Source: Negaprion brevirostris
Lineage: Eukaryota
NCBI GenBank assembly: GCA_030324005.1
Contig: JARDVH010000001.1
Coordinates: 103,665,122-103,729,121, forward strand
Direction: 5' to 3'
Length of the DNA stretch: 64,000 bases
Each line of letters begins with the position of its first letter. The first letter of the stretch is position 1. Under the pieces are notes generated by a model. It had not been told where the DNA came from, did no database searches, and worked only from the letters and a program-made list of their open reading frames with translations. The translations under genes and the position numbers were made by a program. This document shows, in pieces, positions 23,548-35,441 of this stretch.

Positions 23548-26117
23548 CCGTACTAAAATCGGATCAGACTGCTCGAATCTGTGAGACTTATAATTAATTG
23601 TCAATCAAGCAGCCAAGCTGGACCAATATCCAATTACAAAAATATAGGAACTTTATGCAAAGCTAGCAGGAGGCCCAACATATACAAAAGTAGACATGAT
23701 CCATGCCCATTAACAATTAGAATTGGATGAGGATTCAAGAACATTTGGCACAATTAACACCAACAAGGATTTATTTTAATACGCCTGGTCACCTTTTGGT
23801 GTGTCTTCAGCATGTGCTTTTTTTTTTACACACTATGGAAAGTTTATTGCAAGACATTCCTGAAGTACTGGCATACCTGGATAATGTTTCAAAAGGGGAG
23901 TTTTCCCAGAAGAGCATTTAGTAAAACGTGAAGAGGTGCTTAAGAGATTCAAAGAGGCGATTTGTGACTTAAAAGAGAGAAGTGTACCTTTCAGGCCCAC
24001 CAGGTCATTTACCTTGGATTTAAATTCGATGCTAAGGGACAACACCCTCTTGAAGAAAAAGTAGAAGTCATAAAGGAAGCCCTTAGAAATGTATTAGAAC
24101 TGAAATCTTTATTGGGCATGGTTAATTATTATGGCCGATTTATACCAAATCTATCAACATTACTGGCATCTTTGCAACTATTTTTTTAAAAAATCAGTGT
24201 TAATTTTGCTTTACAATCTTCAGATTTGCCAGTCCATTTCGACCCAAAAAGAGAAATAATCTTGATGTGTGATACTTTGCCAGTTGACAAAGAGGCAGCT
24301 TTGCCTCATAGGATGGAAGACGGTGTAAAAGAGCCTGTAGATTTTGCATCAAGAACCTGAACTGACCATGAGAGACACTCAAATTGAAAAGAAGGGCTAG
24401 TTATCATTTATGGAGCTAAAAAACTCCACTAGTGTGTTTATGGGGTTCACTTCATGATCACCACCAACCACCAACCATTATTAGGGTTATTTATCAAAGA
24501 CAAGCCTTGTTCAACAGGATTTCATTTCAGGGAAGATGCGGCATAGCCCTGGCAGAAATGACTGGAATTTGCCATTTTAACTTAGATCCACAGGATGAAC
24601 ACTAATTTGCGATAGAACAAGAATTGAATCTTTAGTCCTGACTTTAACCTTTATGGGAAGGTTCAGGTTGGGAGCCGGGGGTATAAACTGGCGTCCTACC
24701 TAAAATCGTCGCACTCCCGCCAGGTTAAAACTGTACCTTTTTTGTTTTGCGTTTCCTATATCTGCAGCTTTTTTTTTGTAAGTTTAGCTAAATTGCAGCA
24801 AAAGTCATTGCTGGCAGGAGATGCATCATCCTCAAAGTGGTCCAGGGGATTTTCACGATACCTTCATTGCAGAGTGAANNNNNNNNNNNNNNNNNNNNNN
24901 NNNNNNNNNNNNNNNNNNNNNNNNNNNNNNNNNNNNNNNNNNNNNNNNNNNNNNNNNNNNNNNNNNNNNNNNNNNNNNNNNNNNNNNNNNNNNNNNNNNN
25001 NNNNNNNNNNNNNNNNNNNNNNNNNNNNNNNNNNNNNNNNNNNNNNNNNNNNNNNNNNNNNNNNNNNNNNNNNNNNNNNNNNNNNNNNNNNNNNNNNNNN
25101 NNNNNNNNNNNNNNNNNNNNNNNNNNNNNNNNNNNNNNNNNNNNNNNNNNNNNNNNNNNNNNNNNNNNNNNNNNNNNNNNNNNNNNNNNNNNNNNNNNNN
25201 NNNNNNNNNNNNNNNNNNNNNNNNNNNNNNNNNNNNNNNNNNNNNNNNNNNNNNNNNNNNNNNNNNNNTTCTTAAAACTGCTTCTCAGCAGTTTCTGGCA
25301 GTGAAAGAATTTGCTTCCCAGCCTCTGTAATGAAGCTATTACCATGGATTCTACCCTCATAACGGAAATAGAGCAGGAATAGGAGAAATGAGAGAGGCAT
25401 GCGGAATAAGGGGAAGAAAATCACCTAAAAGTTAACCCTGCACAATATAGCCCATGTCATTCCTTTGATGGTAGCTCAGAAGATGTCTGCTTAAGTAGAT
25501 AATGAGTTAGTGAGGAAACATAGAAGGACATGCATTCTATTACAAACTGACTTCTGGGCATCTTCGGAAGCCAAAAGTCAACTTCAATGCAGAATTATAG
25601 GAATAACTAGATTAAAAAGACCAAAGCCCAACTAATCCTCCTTTGACAATCCTGATAGTCACATGATGTAATGATAATTGAGTTGTTGGCTAATTTTAGC
25701 AATCTATCGCCATCTGTAAGCCTATTTGTATAACACAGACTCAGAGCAGAGCTTCTTGATGGTTCCTAACTCCTCTCGTACCTTAAGAATAATAAATGAA
25801 GGAGTGACACACATATAAAGAGACAGCAAGGAAGGTTCAGAAGAAGCAAATTGCTCACCTTGGCTGCTCTGGGGAGGTTATTAAGTGTTTTCATGTGGTG
25901 CAGAGGAGTTCTGGGGAGGAAGCACTCACGAATGTTAGCTGTTTGTCTTTTGGCTTTTCCTGTCACCCTTCGTACCTGCTTCTTTGAATGCTGCCCTGGT
26001 CTTCTTAAGAAATAGTAGATTTTCATATCCACTGCAGCCCAAGGGTTTCTGCCAGCTGTTTTAAAGCTCACCCTTTGGTATACATCCATGGGCCAAGATT
26101 TAACTACTGTACATGCA

Positions 26118-26446
26118 TAACAACATAAGAAATAGGAGCAGGAATAGGCCAACTAGCCCTTCAAGCCTGCCCCGCCATTCAATAAGATCATGGCTGATCT
26201 GAAGTGGATCAGTTCCACTTTCCCGCTTTNNNNNNNNNNNNNNNNNNNNNNNNNNNNNNNNNNNNNNNNNNNNNNNNNNNNNNNNNNNNNNNNNNNNNNN
26301 NNNNNNNNNNNNNNNNNNNNNNNNNNNNNCCCCTCGCTATAAAGGCCAGCATCCCATTTGCCTTCTTGGTCACCTGCTGCACCTGCAGACTGGGTTTTTG
26401 CGACTCATGCACAAGGACCCCCAGGTTCCTCTGCACCGTAGCAGAG
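26118..26446 (-). mobile_element. CR1 LINE 3' portion (gap inside)
   Basis: Tail AACATAAGAAATAGGAGCAGG on +; translation QRNLGVLVHESQKPSLQVQQVTKKANGMLAFIAR. Confidence 0.9.
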
Positions 26447-26519
26447 GGACCCCCAGGTCCCTCTGCACCGTAGCAGAGGGACCATTGTTGCAAAATCTCT
26501 TAAGAGTCCAAAAATAGGA

Positions 26520-27126
26520 TTTGCACCAGCAAGATTTCAGTTCTGGATCTTCCCCGCACCCCCTCCAATATCCCCGCAAAGAAATCGAAATTTCTGCCCC
26601 TGGTACCCTGGCAGTGCTGACCTGGCTATGCCAGGGTGGGCCCTCTGGCGAGTCCAAACAGGCTGGGGTTCCCATTATATGTTGTGGGGTGCACGTCCTG
26701 ATACATGTGGAGTGGTGGATGCCCTCATGCCTTCTGGGCGGGATGTCTGTCCAGGGGATGGGGGGGGGGCTTGTTGGGGAGCGATGCTTGTGGATGGGAA
26801 GGGGAGGGAGTCTCTCTGATGCCTGTGGTGATTACTATGAGACTCCCTGGTGCTTGCTGGGGAGCAGATATACCCATGAGGGGAAGGTCACCCTGATATC
26901 CTGTGGAGTGGTGTGGGAGTTTACGTTTTGTGCAGATCGGGGCATCCTTTAAAAATGCACCCTGATCTATGTGGGGCCAGGCTTGCTGGCTCTATCAGGC
27001 CTTGCCCCACTGGAGTGATGAAACAAACCACGCCCCCAGATTCTCTGTGCACTGAGTACCAGAGAATCTGGAGAGAAAGCACAGCTGTTCAGCTGCTCGC
27101 TGACAAATTGTGGGACAATTCCACCC
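26520..27126. mobile_element. Non-autonomous Harbinger-type element remnant
   Basis: G-rich interior with GGCAGTGC/TGCCAGGG motifs shared with 30523 and 31826; right TIR GGACAATTCCACCC followed by ATG. Confidence 0.65.
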
Positions 27127-28186
27127 ATGGTCTTCGCCAGCATCAATATTGGAAAATATTGCCAAGAAATCTAATTCCAAGCCAAATAAACACAACAGTG
27201 AGATCTCGAAATAAATCTCCACAATGTATTGTTCCGGAAATTCAGTGGAAAGCAGATTGGGCATGGTGTCAATTTCCTACATGTCTATTTGACAGTGCTG
27301 GCATACAGCAATTCATACCCTCAGTGCCTTTGTAGGCTCTAACTCCCATTTCTTTCCCAGATAACTGCCCTTGGCTCCAGGTGTATCTCAGGCTGTATCT
27401 CATGTTCGTGTCATAAAATGTGAAAAAAAACTTGAAATAAAAGATATGCACATAAATATGTTCAAAAAATACACTAGCTGGGAAATGGTCTAACAGTTCC
27501 ATGACTAACAGTTCAATGTTTCTGTGAGGTTAGATCCAGAAATATCCAATAAATCTGACTTCTGGCAGCCTTTGCTCAGTGCTTGTTACTTTCAGTACAG
27601 CAATATCATTAGGTATGGCTCTTAGACCCCAAGACTATGAGATAAAATGTGTTTCTGTTTACTCTTCGAAATATCGCAAAGGTCACTGACTTGTACAAGA
27701 AATGAACAATTTTTGGTCAATTCTATATAAAAAAAGCAAGCTATATGTAGACGTATATATGTTCTTGATAAGGTCACCTGGGACATTACTCTTTTATCCT
27801 TTACCATTCAATTAAGTGGGAACTTGGAGAGTTTTCAGCCCAAATCAGGTATTGGATTTTTCAGAATTAGCTGACTCTATTTTGGGGTTTAGTTCAGCTG
27901 ATATTTGGATCATCTCTACCTCTGGAATAATTTTGTAAGATTCCAAGCTCCCTCTACCTATGACAGCACTGACATCTGCTCCCTGCATTATTTTCCTGGC
28001 TGGCTACTTTGCTACATGTATCTGTCTCTCTTATAGTCTTTCCACCTTACATTAGCTCACTTATTTTCATTTCTACTTTTTGAAACTGTATTCCCTTGCA
28101 TAAGTTCCCATTCTGATTTAGTTCCATTCTGGGCAATTGGACTCATAATCTCTGGCTGTATGAGTGGCTGAATATTTATCCATGCA

Positions 28187-28639
28187 TTTTTTTTTATTAA
28201 TTCAAAGGATGTGGGCTTCACTGACTAGGCCAACATTCATAGTCCATCCCTAATTGCCCTTGAGAAGGTGGTGTTGAGCTGCCTTCTTGAACCATTGCAG
28301 TCCATATGATGTAGGTACACCCATGGTGCTGTTAGGGAGTGCGTTCCAGGATTTTGACCCAGTGACAGTGAAGGAACGGTAAAATATTTCCGAGTCAGGG
28401 AAATGAGTGGCTTGGACAGAGACTTCTCGATTGTGGTGTTCTCATGTATCTGCTGCCCTTGTCCTTTTAGATGGTTGTAGTCATGGGTTTGTAGATGGTA
28501 CATATAGATGCTACGGTACGTTAGTGGTGGAGGGAGTGAATGTTTGTGGAAGGGGTGTCAATCAAGCAGGCTGCTTTGTCTTGAATGGTATTGAGCTTCT
28601 TGAGTGTTGTTGGATCTGCTCTCATCTAGTCAAGGGGAA
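28187..28639 (-). mobile_element. CR1/L2-group LINE 3' end (probable partner of the MetaSINE-like family)
   Basis: Reverse complement ends AAGGGCAATTAGGGATGGACTATGAATGTTGGCCTAGTCAG...CCCACATCC..polyA, matching the SINE tails at 7760-7830 and 57220-57290. Confidence 0.85.
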
Positions 28640-28932
28640 TGTGATGACTTCAGCCAGGCTAATGAGTTTGGCTTGGTAGAGTATGAACTACCTGATGAGT
28701 CTTCCCTAAGTTAATTTGATTTAGTTTAATTTGTTGGTACCTAAAAATAAGTACCTGATGAGTCCTAAGTGGTAGTTAAATCAGGAAGCCTCACACTCCC
28801 TATTTAAAGCAGGTGTGTCAGCCTCCCAGCCTGCATTAAGCAGGGAGCAACTGGAGAGCTGGCTGTGTGCAGATGTATGATGTAAATAAAGTAACTTGGT
28901 GACGGAATCTTCGCCTCCATGGAGTTATTACA
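28640..28932 (+). mobile_element. Solo LTR (293 bp)
   Basis: TGTGATGAC...GTTATTACA termini, GGGAA duplicated at 28635-28639 and 28933-28937, internal TATTTAAA and AATAAA. Confidence 0.88.
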
Positions 28933-30522
28933 GGGAAAATGTGTTTCATCTTATTCCAATACTGAAGTATTTCATGAATGGCAGAATGTGGTGTGGTACA
29001 CACATTGCGAGACATCTGCTTTTAATATGTTTTTAATTTAACAACTAATTACACCATAGCCTTGATATTATGCCTTCCCTGCCAGCATCCCCCTATCCCT
29101 AACCTGCCCCCTCCCACCCCCGACATCCCCAACCACTGTCAATGATGGGCAGAAGGGCCAAAAGTGATTTGGGAAAGGTTAAACCCAACCCACCATGTAG
29201 AACCATTGGCATTCCTATAACAGCAGGAAGCGAGGCTTGCCGATGTCCAATCTAGGAGTTGTGGATGCATCATTAGCATATTTAAATCAGAGTCCCACAG
29301 TATAATTGGAGCCTGATTTAAATTGAATATCAACCGATCAGATTTCCCAGGACTCAGGAAATCTGATTGTGAAATGAAGGCAGGTTGCTTCAATGTGCTT
29401 TTCATTGCACCCCTTGTGGGTCAGGAGGAGCAGGATTTGCGTGCTTTACCTAATCTGCTGCATGACCCACAATTCAATTGCCAAGTGTCCCAGGCTGCAG
29501 CCTTCCATGGCTGATTTTCCAAACTGACCAGCTGCCAGCAAAGAAAAGGGAACATAAATTTTTAATACAGCTCTTGTTCTTGTCTAGTTTCTTCTGCACT
29601 ATTGCCAGGGCCTTGACAGGATTATGAAATAAAATTCAGAAAGTTACAATACATCAAAGTGTAGAAATTTTGTGCACCTGACACGGAACTATACCTACAA
29701 AGAGCGCATTTTGGCAATTTAGTTGTGGGCCCCCAAAAGGACTTTCCATTAACAATTTTGAGGACATATAAATATTAACAAGAAAGGCAAACTGTACAGA
29801 TTTTCATGCAAGTCACTGCTGAAGGATGCACTGAAAATTTTGCTTTTCTGGTGGAATATAATTTACAGCTGCATGCACATGCCATTATCCATGCATTAAA
29901 CTTATTGCTTGAGCGTTCAAAGGTTTGCACCAAGAACAAAGGACTAATTAGGCATTGGGATGGAAAACAGGAACTGAAACAAATGCAATAACTTAGACTT
30001 CACTGAAATGTATTGAAAAAAAATAATGTGTTTGAATGAAACCACTTTTCTATATGAAGGAAGCTACTTTTAGGAGTGATTTAATGTACTTTGTTTTGGA
30101 TTTGATTTCCTGTTCGCTGCTGGTCACAGGAAAAGAAGTCACATTACAGGACGCAATCAGGCGCAGAAGATTGAGTTACACTGAGCTTGTACAGCAAGCA
30201 CGGTGGCAGCAAAATCTGATGCTGTTCCAGCTTGCCTACAAGCAGGTCATAAACAAATCAATCATTCTGATTTCCTTTCAAAACTGCAAGGCAATCAAAG
30301 GAAATGTTAACATCACAGTAAATAGGAGTACAGAGAGAGGTTTCTAATCCCTCAGGCTAAGCTGGAATCAAATCCTGATGCCAATAGTGTGCATTGATCC
30401 TCTATGCCACCCAGGTATTTGAGATTTAGTAATATCTCTCTACCTTAGTAGAACCTAACAAATTTATTTTGGTCCTACCACATTATCATTTTGAAAGGGT
30501 ACTTGTGTAATATTCCCACTTT

Positions 30523-31180
30523 GGCTGGGATTTTGACTGGGCCAACAATGGGGGCCTTTGGCGAGATTCACAACTGGTGTCCGGCTCGTCGTGAGTCTCC
30601 AAGGCCCTTTATATTTTAGCGCCATCAGCGCTGGAAATCAGCGTGGAGCTGATCATCACATGGAAATTGACATTTCCACTCCCATCCCAGATCCACTAAT
30701 CATGTGGAAATTGATGTTTCCACTACCATCCCAAACCCACTAATCATTCAGAAATTGACATTTCCACATGACTACTGGGCTCGGAATCATAGCTTCCAGG
30801 CCCACTGGCATCTCCCCCAGCCTGACACTCTGGCATTGCCCACCAGACACCTTGGCATTGCCCACATGGTACCAGGCAGTGCCAAGGGGGCAGAGCCAGA
30901 GGGGTGGAGCATAATGGGGGTGGGGACTATTGGGGGTGTTTGGTGATAGTTGGGGACCCACGGCCGCCCTGCACGTGGGCTCGGTGGGGGCGGGAGCGAG
31001 GGGGCAATCAGAGCAGGTCACTGGGGGTGTGGGGTTAGGGCTGTTCATCTGGTAAATCGGGGCTTGTGGGGGGATTGCCACTGATTTCTGCCAATATCCC
31101 CTGACAGCTTGGGAAGCTGAACAGTGCCAAAAACTGGAACTTTTTTTGCTCTTTCCAGCATTGGGGTGTCAACGCAAATT
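30523..31180. mobile_element. Non-autonomous Harbinger-type element remnant
   Basis: Left TIR-like GGCTGGGATTTT; TGGCATTGCCCA motifs; G-rich interior; 44-bp internal tandem repeat. Confidence 0.6.
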
Positions 31181-31444
31181 ATGGAGCTGCACCACTTCTG
31201 TGGCTTAGTTTATGTAATCTCAGGATGGAACAGGAATTTCTTGGTCTGTGAGGATTAATGCAATAGTATAGGTGTTACACCTGCTATCCAGTGAGTTAAC
31301 TTGTAATTGGGAATTTACGAATTAAGGGAATCTCAGGGACATTAACTATTTTAACAGTCCATGGCTCACCGCAAGCATGCAGTTGTTTTGTCACTATGGC
31401 TTCTCCTCTTGACAATTATCTATTTCAACATTGGACTGAATTCA

Positions 31445-31627
31445 GCCTGGTGGTACAGTGTTGAGCATTGCTGCCAGGGGTCCGGGTTCAATTCCCGGCT
31501 TGGGTCACTGTGTCTGTGTGGAGTACATATGTTCTTCCCGTGTCTGCATGGGTTTCCTCCGGGTGCTCTGGTTTCCTCCCACAGTCCAAAAGACATGCTA
31601 GTTAGGTGCATTGGCCATGCTAAATTC
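31445..31627 (+). mobile_element. V-SINE 5' part (runs into a gap)
   Basis: B-box GGGTTCAATTCCC, V-domain GGGTTTCCTCCGGGTGCTCTGGTTTCCTCCCACAGTCCAAAAG. Confidence 0.88.
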
Positions 31628-31825
31628 NNNNNNNNNNNNNNNNNNNNNNNNNNNNNNNNNNNNNNNNNNNNNNNNNNNNNNNNNNNNNNNNNNNNNNNNN
31701 NNNNNNNNNNNNNNNNNNNNNNNNNNNNNNNNNNNNNNNNNNNNNNNNNNNNNNNNNNNNNNNNNNNNNNNNNNNNNNNNNNNNNNNNNNNNNNNNNNNN
31801 NNNNNNNNNNNNNNNNNNNNNNNNN

Positions 31826-32420
31826 CAGTGGCCCTAATCCATCAGACTCCCTGTTTGTTGGCCAGCTCAATCGCTGGCCAGCCCAGGACCTCTGCAGTGC
31901 TGCCCCTCCAGCCCTCCCATGGCCCAATCATGGCCCCCACGTCAATTCCTGGGCCAGCCCTGACCCTCTGTCCTGGAGCTCCCCGATCTCCAGACTCCCC
32001 CAGCAATAGCGATACGCCTATCCCGCACCACAGCAAACTCCTCCCGCTAACCACCCCCCCCACCACCGACAGACCAATCTCCCCCCTGAGGCAAACCCCT
32101 ATAGCAGAGCACTCCTTCCCCACCACCCAGCCCGTCCTGATCACTTGCCTCCCTCCAGCCCAGAACGATCCCCATGCAGAATGGCAGTGGGATCCTCCAC
32201 TTGACACTGTCCCCCACAATAGGCCCCGCCCACAATAGGCCCCACCCTTTGACACTGCCTGTGCCCCTTGGACAATGCCAGGGGGCACAAGCTGGCATTG
32301 CCAGCATGCCCATATCCAGGGGGCACCACCCCACTGCTGCCCGATCCCTTGAGGGCCCTGCTTGCCCCCCAGCTTCACTCAGGTGGGGTGTCCTGCGAGC
32401 TTCCTGAATGTGGGGAGCTA
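31826..32420. mobile_element. Harbinger-type non-autonomous element, left/internal part
   Basis: C-rich interior with GGCATTGCCAG/GCCAGGGGGCAC motifs; ends GGGGAGCTA and appears to continue at 33820. Confidence 0.65.
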
Positions 32421-33817
32421 TAGTGTGGCCCCGTTATAATGCAATGGTTGGGGTCCATGAAATGTNNNNNNNNNNNNNNNNNNNNNNNNNNNNGGGGTTG
32501 TAAAAGCATGCGTGATGAACAAAATAAAGCGATGGGAAATAGATTGAGGAAGGGCGAGATAAAATAGTCAAATAAAAAGTACTATTTATTCTTTTATTGT
32601 TTTAAACACCCAACACTCTAATTCTGAAGGAATGAAACTTCATGCTTATCAAAATAAATTTTAAAGAAAAAAACTTATCCCATCATGAAAAATTAACTTA
32701 CACCTGAATGCACAAGCTCTAAGAGTTTTCGGGCACATTCAGTAGGAACTAGTGGGTATGTACACTAACTTCACTCCCTTACATCGATTCCAAGGCCAGT
32801 CTGATCCTCGATGTCGTGGTGTAGTACAGCTTGTGAATGAGCCAGCGTAAATTCTACTGTAATTTCATAATTGCATATGTGTGGACTCCAGAAGTTGATG
32901 TCCAATTTATTCCATAATAACGAAGAGCACTGTAGGTGCCCCCGCCTCCATTCTCAGTGCAAGATGTGGGTCAAATTTTACAATGGAACCTGCTCACATA
33001 AATTTGTTTCTATAAAAGACACCATTCTGCCAGTGGCATAGCATTCCACTGACAGACAGTAATAGTTAATACATTACAAGTTTTCATGCTGAGTTCCACT
33101 TTATAAGAACCGGCATTGAATGCCAAAAAGATTGAAGAAAAAATGTTTGCTTTTATTACATACGTGTGTATCTGTCCCACTATAATTTCCAAATTTTCTT
33201 TCTAGCAGTATATGTGGTGATAACAGCATACGTAAAGCTAAAGGTTATCCCCAGCTTCTTTCTTTGAGTTTAGCCTGTGCGCTTGCAGTAATCCCATCGT
33301 TTATCCACCTTTTTGGATTTCGCCAGAAGTGAGAATGTAACGAGAGATTGATTTTGTGTTAACCGGGTGGTATCCTATATTCCTTGCCTCCCGACCTGTG
33401 TGGGTGTATATTTGCATGCTGCCATAGTGGCGTGGAGACCTGGCAGTCGGAGGCACTTGGATCGCAAATACTCTTTCTCAATTGTAAATCCCAAGCGCTG
33501 GAGATCGCGCAGTGCTTACCTCTTCCATATAATCCGAACATATTCTGGTGAAGAGATGGCAGCTGTGCACATGGACTTGTTGATGGGATTATGGCGTTTA
33601 AGTGAAGTTTTTGCGCAACTAGTCTAAATGATTCACTATCTCAGCAGATCCAATTATTGGGACTGAACAGTGAGTTCCTTTTTTTACAGTTTTCCCTTGC
33701 GTTTTACACTAAAAATAGATAATCAGTTCCCTGGAAAGAGCAAAAAAAGTCCAATGATTCATTGTGCTATATCCAAATTCGTGCTAAATCGGAGCATGTA
33801 AAATCAGGGTTTCACTG
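32421..33817. mobile_element. Tigger/pogo-like (Tc1/mariner) non-autonomous element, about 1.4 kb
   Basis: TA|TAGTGTGGCCCCGTTATAATGCAATGGTTGGGGTCCATG ... GGAGCATGTAAAATCAGGGTTTCACTG|TA: degenerate CAGTG..CCC.G TIRs with TA on both sides. No transposase recognised inside. Confidence 0.65.
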
Positions 33818-33819
33818 TA

Positions 33820-34123
33820 CTTTAAACCCTGCTGGAGTGAAATACTCGTGGCAGGGTGGGTGATGATACTGGGCTCGGCAAGTTCTGTGCCAGGCCTGAT
33901 AATGACATTTAAGATAGATTAAAAATACATTTAAAACATATTAAAATCACTTACCTCTCTTCCTGCTGGTTTCCAGCAAGGTCCTGGCTGCGCCTGCTCT
34001 CTGGCTCTGGAAGACGTGCATGTGTCGGGAACATATGTGTGAATCCTGCAAAATGGCCAACCCGTGCGTCTCCCGATCCGAACCGCCAGAAAATTTGTGG
34101 GTTGCGATGGGAGAATTGCCCCC
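33820..34123. mobile_element. Harbinger-type element, right part
   Basis: AAACCCTGCTGGAGTGAAATACTC... ending in TIR GGGAGAATTGCCCCC. Confidence 0.7.
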
Positions 34124-34178
34124 GATGCAATGCTAATGTAAGCCTACTTGTGACTAATAAATAAACTTTAAACTTTGA
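34124..34178 (+). mobile_element. V-SINE alternative tail, terminal 55 bp
   Basis: TGCAATGCTAATGTAAGCCTACTTGTGACTAATAAATAAACTTTAAACTTT, matching the end of 45598-45904. Confidence 0.85.
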
Positions 34179-35441
34179 ATTCAGAGTTATGTCATTCCCT
34201 TTACCCATTTGTCAAGCATGGTACACCAGGGGTTAATGTGATTCACCATTCACTTACCTTGGGGATAGACATTGACACAGCTGGGAAAATGTTGACATTT
34301 TGGTTCTTTTGCTGTCAGTCAACCTATTAAGTAAAAGTTGTGCGAGTTCCACTGCCAAAAATATGTTTACTGACAGTGACAGGAGAAACTTCACATCTGA
34401 TTATGTTCTGGGTTTACAAAGATAACAAACAGATGGTTTCCAGAACAGTAAGATTCCCATATGATTGAAATGATAGTTATTGTGCCAAATGTTGTGGTTG
34501 TCAAGAGATAAGGAAACTGCTGAGTTTTAAGAAATGTTTATTTCCTGTTTGAATACAGTTGGCACCTTCTAAGTGGGAAAGAAGTGGGAAATTCCATGGC
34601 TGCTCTAGCCCTGTGATTGGTGGAAACCTATTGTACAGTGTGTTTTGGGCAGGAAGAATCAGATCAGAAGTCACTGGAAATGTTGCCATTAACAAAAAGC
34701 CTTGAAAAAAATAGTAATGGACTTTGATTTAGTCTAGGTTGCAGCAATATCAACACTTTATTCTTATTTAATATACTACCAGCAGACTGCTGGGGAGATG
34801 GGGCTGGTGATGGAAACTGGGGAGGGTGGTGGATTTGAACATAAAATGGACTCTTAGTACACAATAAATTATAAGTTGTAGGGCCCCATAGAAGTTCAGT
34901 TATAACAGCTTTCTCCTGTTCATGTAAAACTATATCAAGAGTGGCCCAGCAACTGTATTCTGTTTGGACATNNNNNNNNNNNNNNNNNNNNNNNNNNNNN
35001 NNNNNNNNNNNNNNNNNNNNNNNNNNNNNNNNNNNNNNNNNNNNNNNNNNNNNNNNNNNNNNNNNNNNNNNNNNNNNNNNNNNNNNNNNNNNNNNNNNNN
35101 NNNNNNNNNNNNNNNNNNNNNNNNNNNNNNNNNNNNNNNNNNNNNNNNNNNNNNNNNNNNNNNNNNNNNNNNNNNNNNNNNNNNNNATCCCCCTTCTCTC
35201 TCATCCCGCACTGTCTTTTGATTTGCAAGCTGCAGATGATGTAAGTAAACACCTCTTATTTCCCTTACTGTCCACACCACAATCTCACCCTTCTGCCTTT
35301 CTGCTCTCAGATACCCAAAAAGTGTAAACTGGACAGGAAGTGGAGGAGGAGCAAGAAGGCACTGAAGAGGAAGAGGAGCCGTCCCTTGACTTCACACACC
35401 CAGCCCTTGGCTCAGATGCTCACACTGCGTATAATTTAGAG

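Larger units (their letters stand above)
21960..24508 (+). mobile_element. Gypsy (K02A2.6/Mag-like) internal remnant: gag-protease-RT-RNase H; no LTRs or integrase
   Basis: gag ARLRKLAEPCEFG..DMLQDRLVCSI; protease VNGQPLYIEVETGGS; RT WAVPII/PVLKSDQTARIC and LAYLDNV; RNase H EKKGLVIIYGAKKLH..TNHQPLLGLF. Heavily disrupted. Confidence 0.92.

Noticed and set aside
24742-25360. Long ORFs spanning N runs (also about 31600, 34930 and 58200)
   Set aside because: Open only because N codons translate as X.
28688-28790. Two CTGATGAG motifs suggesting hammerhead ribozymes
   Set aside because: No stem II plus GAAA follows; they are an internal repeat of the solo LTR.
30036-30347. Exon-like ORF KEVTLQDAIRRRRLSYTELVQQARW
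   Set aside because: Weak donor, no recognisable family and no partner exons; cannot be supported.
30652-30770. Palindromic repeats with spacers resembling a CRISPR array
   Set aside because: The spacers are themselves repeated, there are fewer than three full units, there are no cas genes and the context is eukaryotic.
31828-32407. Pro/Gly-rich ORFs of up to 178 aa
   Set aside because: A by-product of the C/G-rich interior of a non-autonomous DNA transposon.
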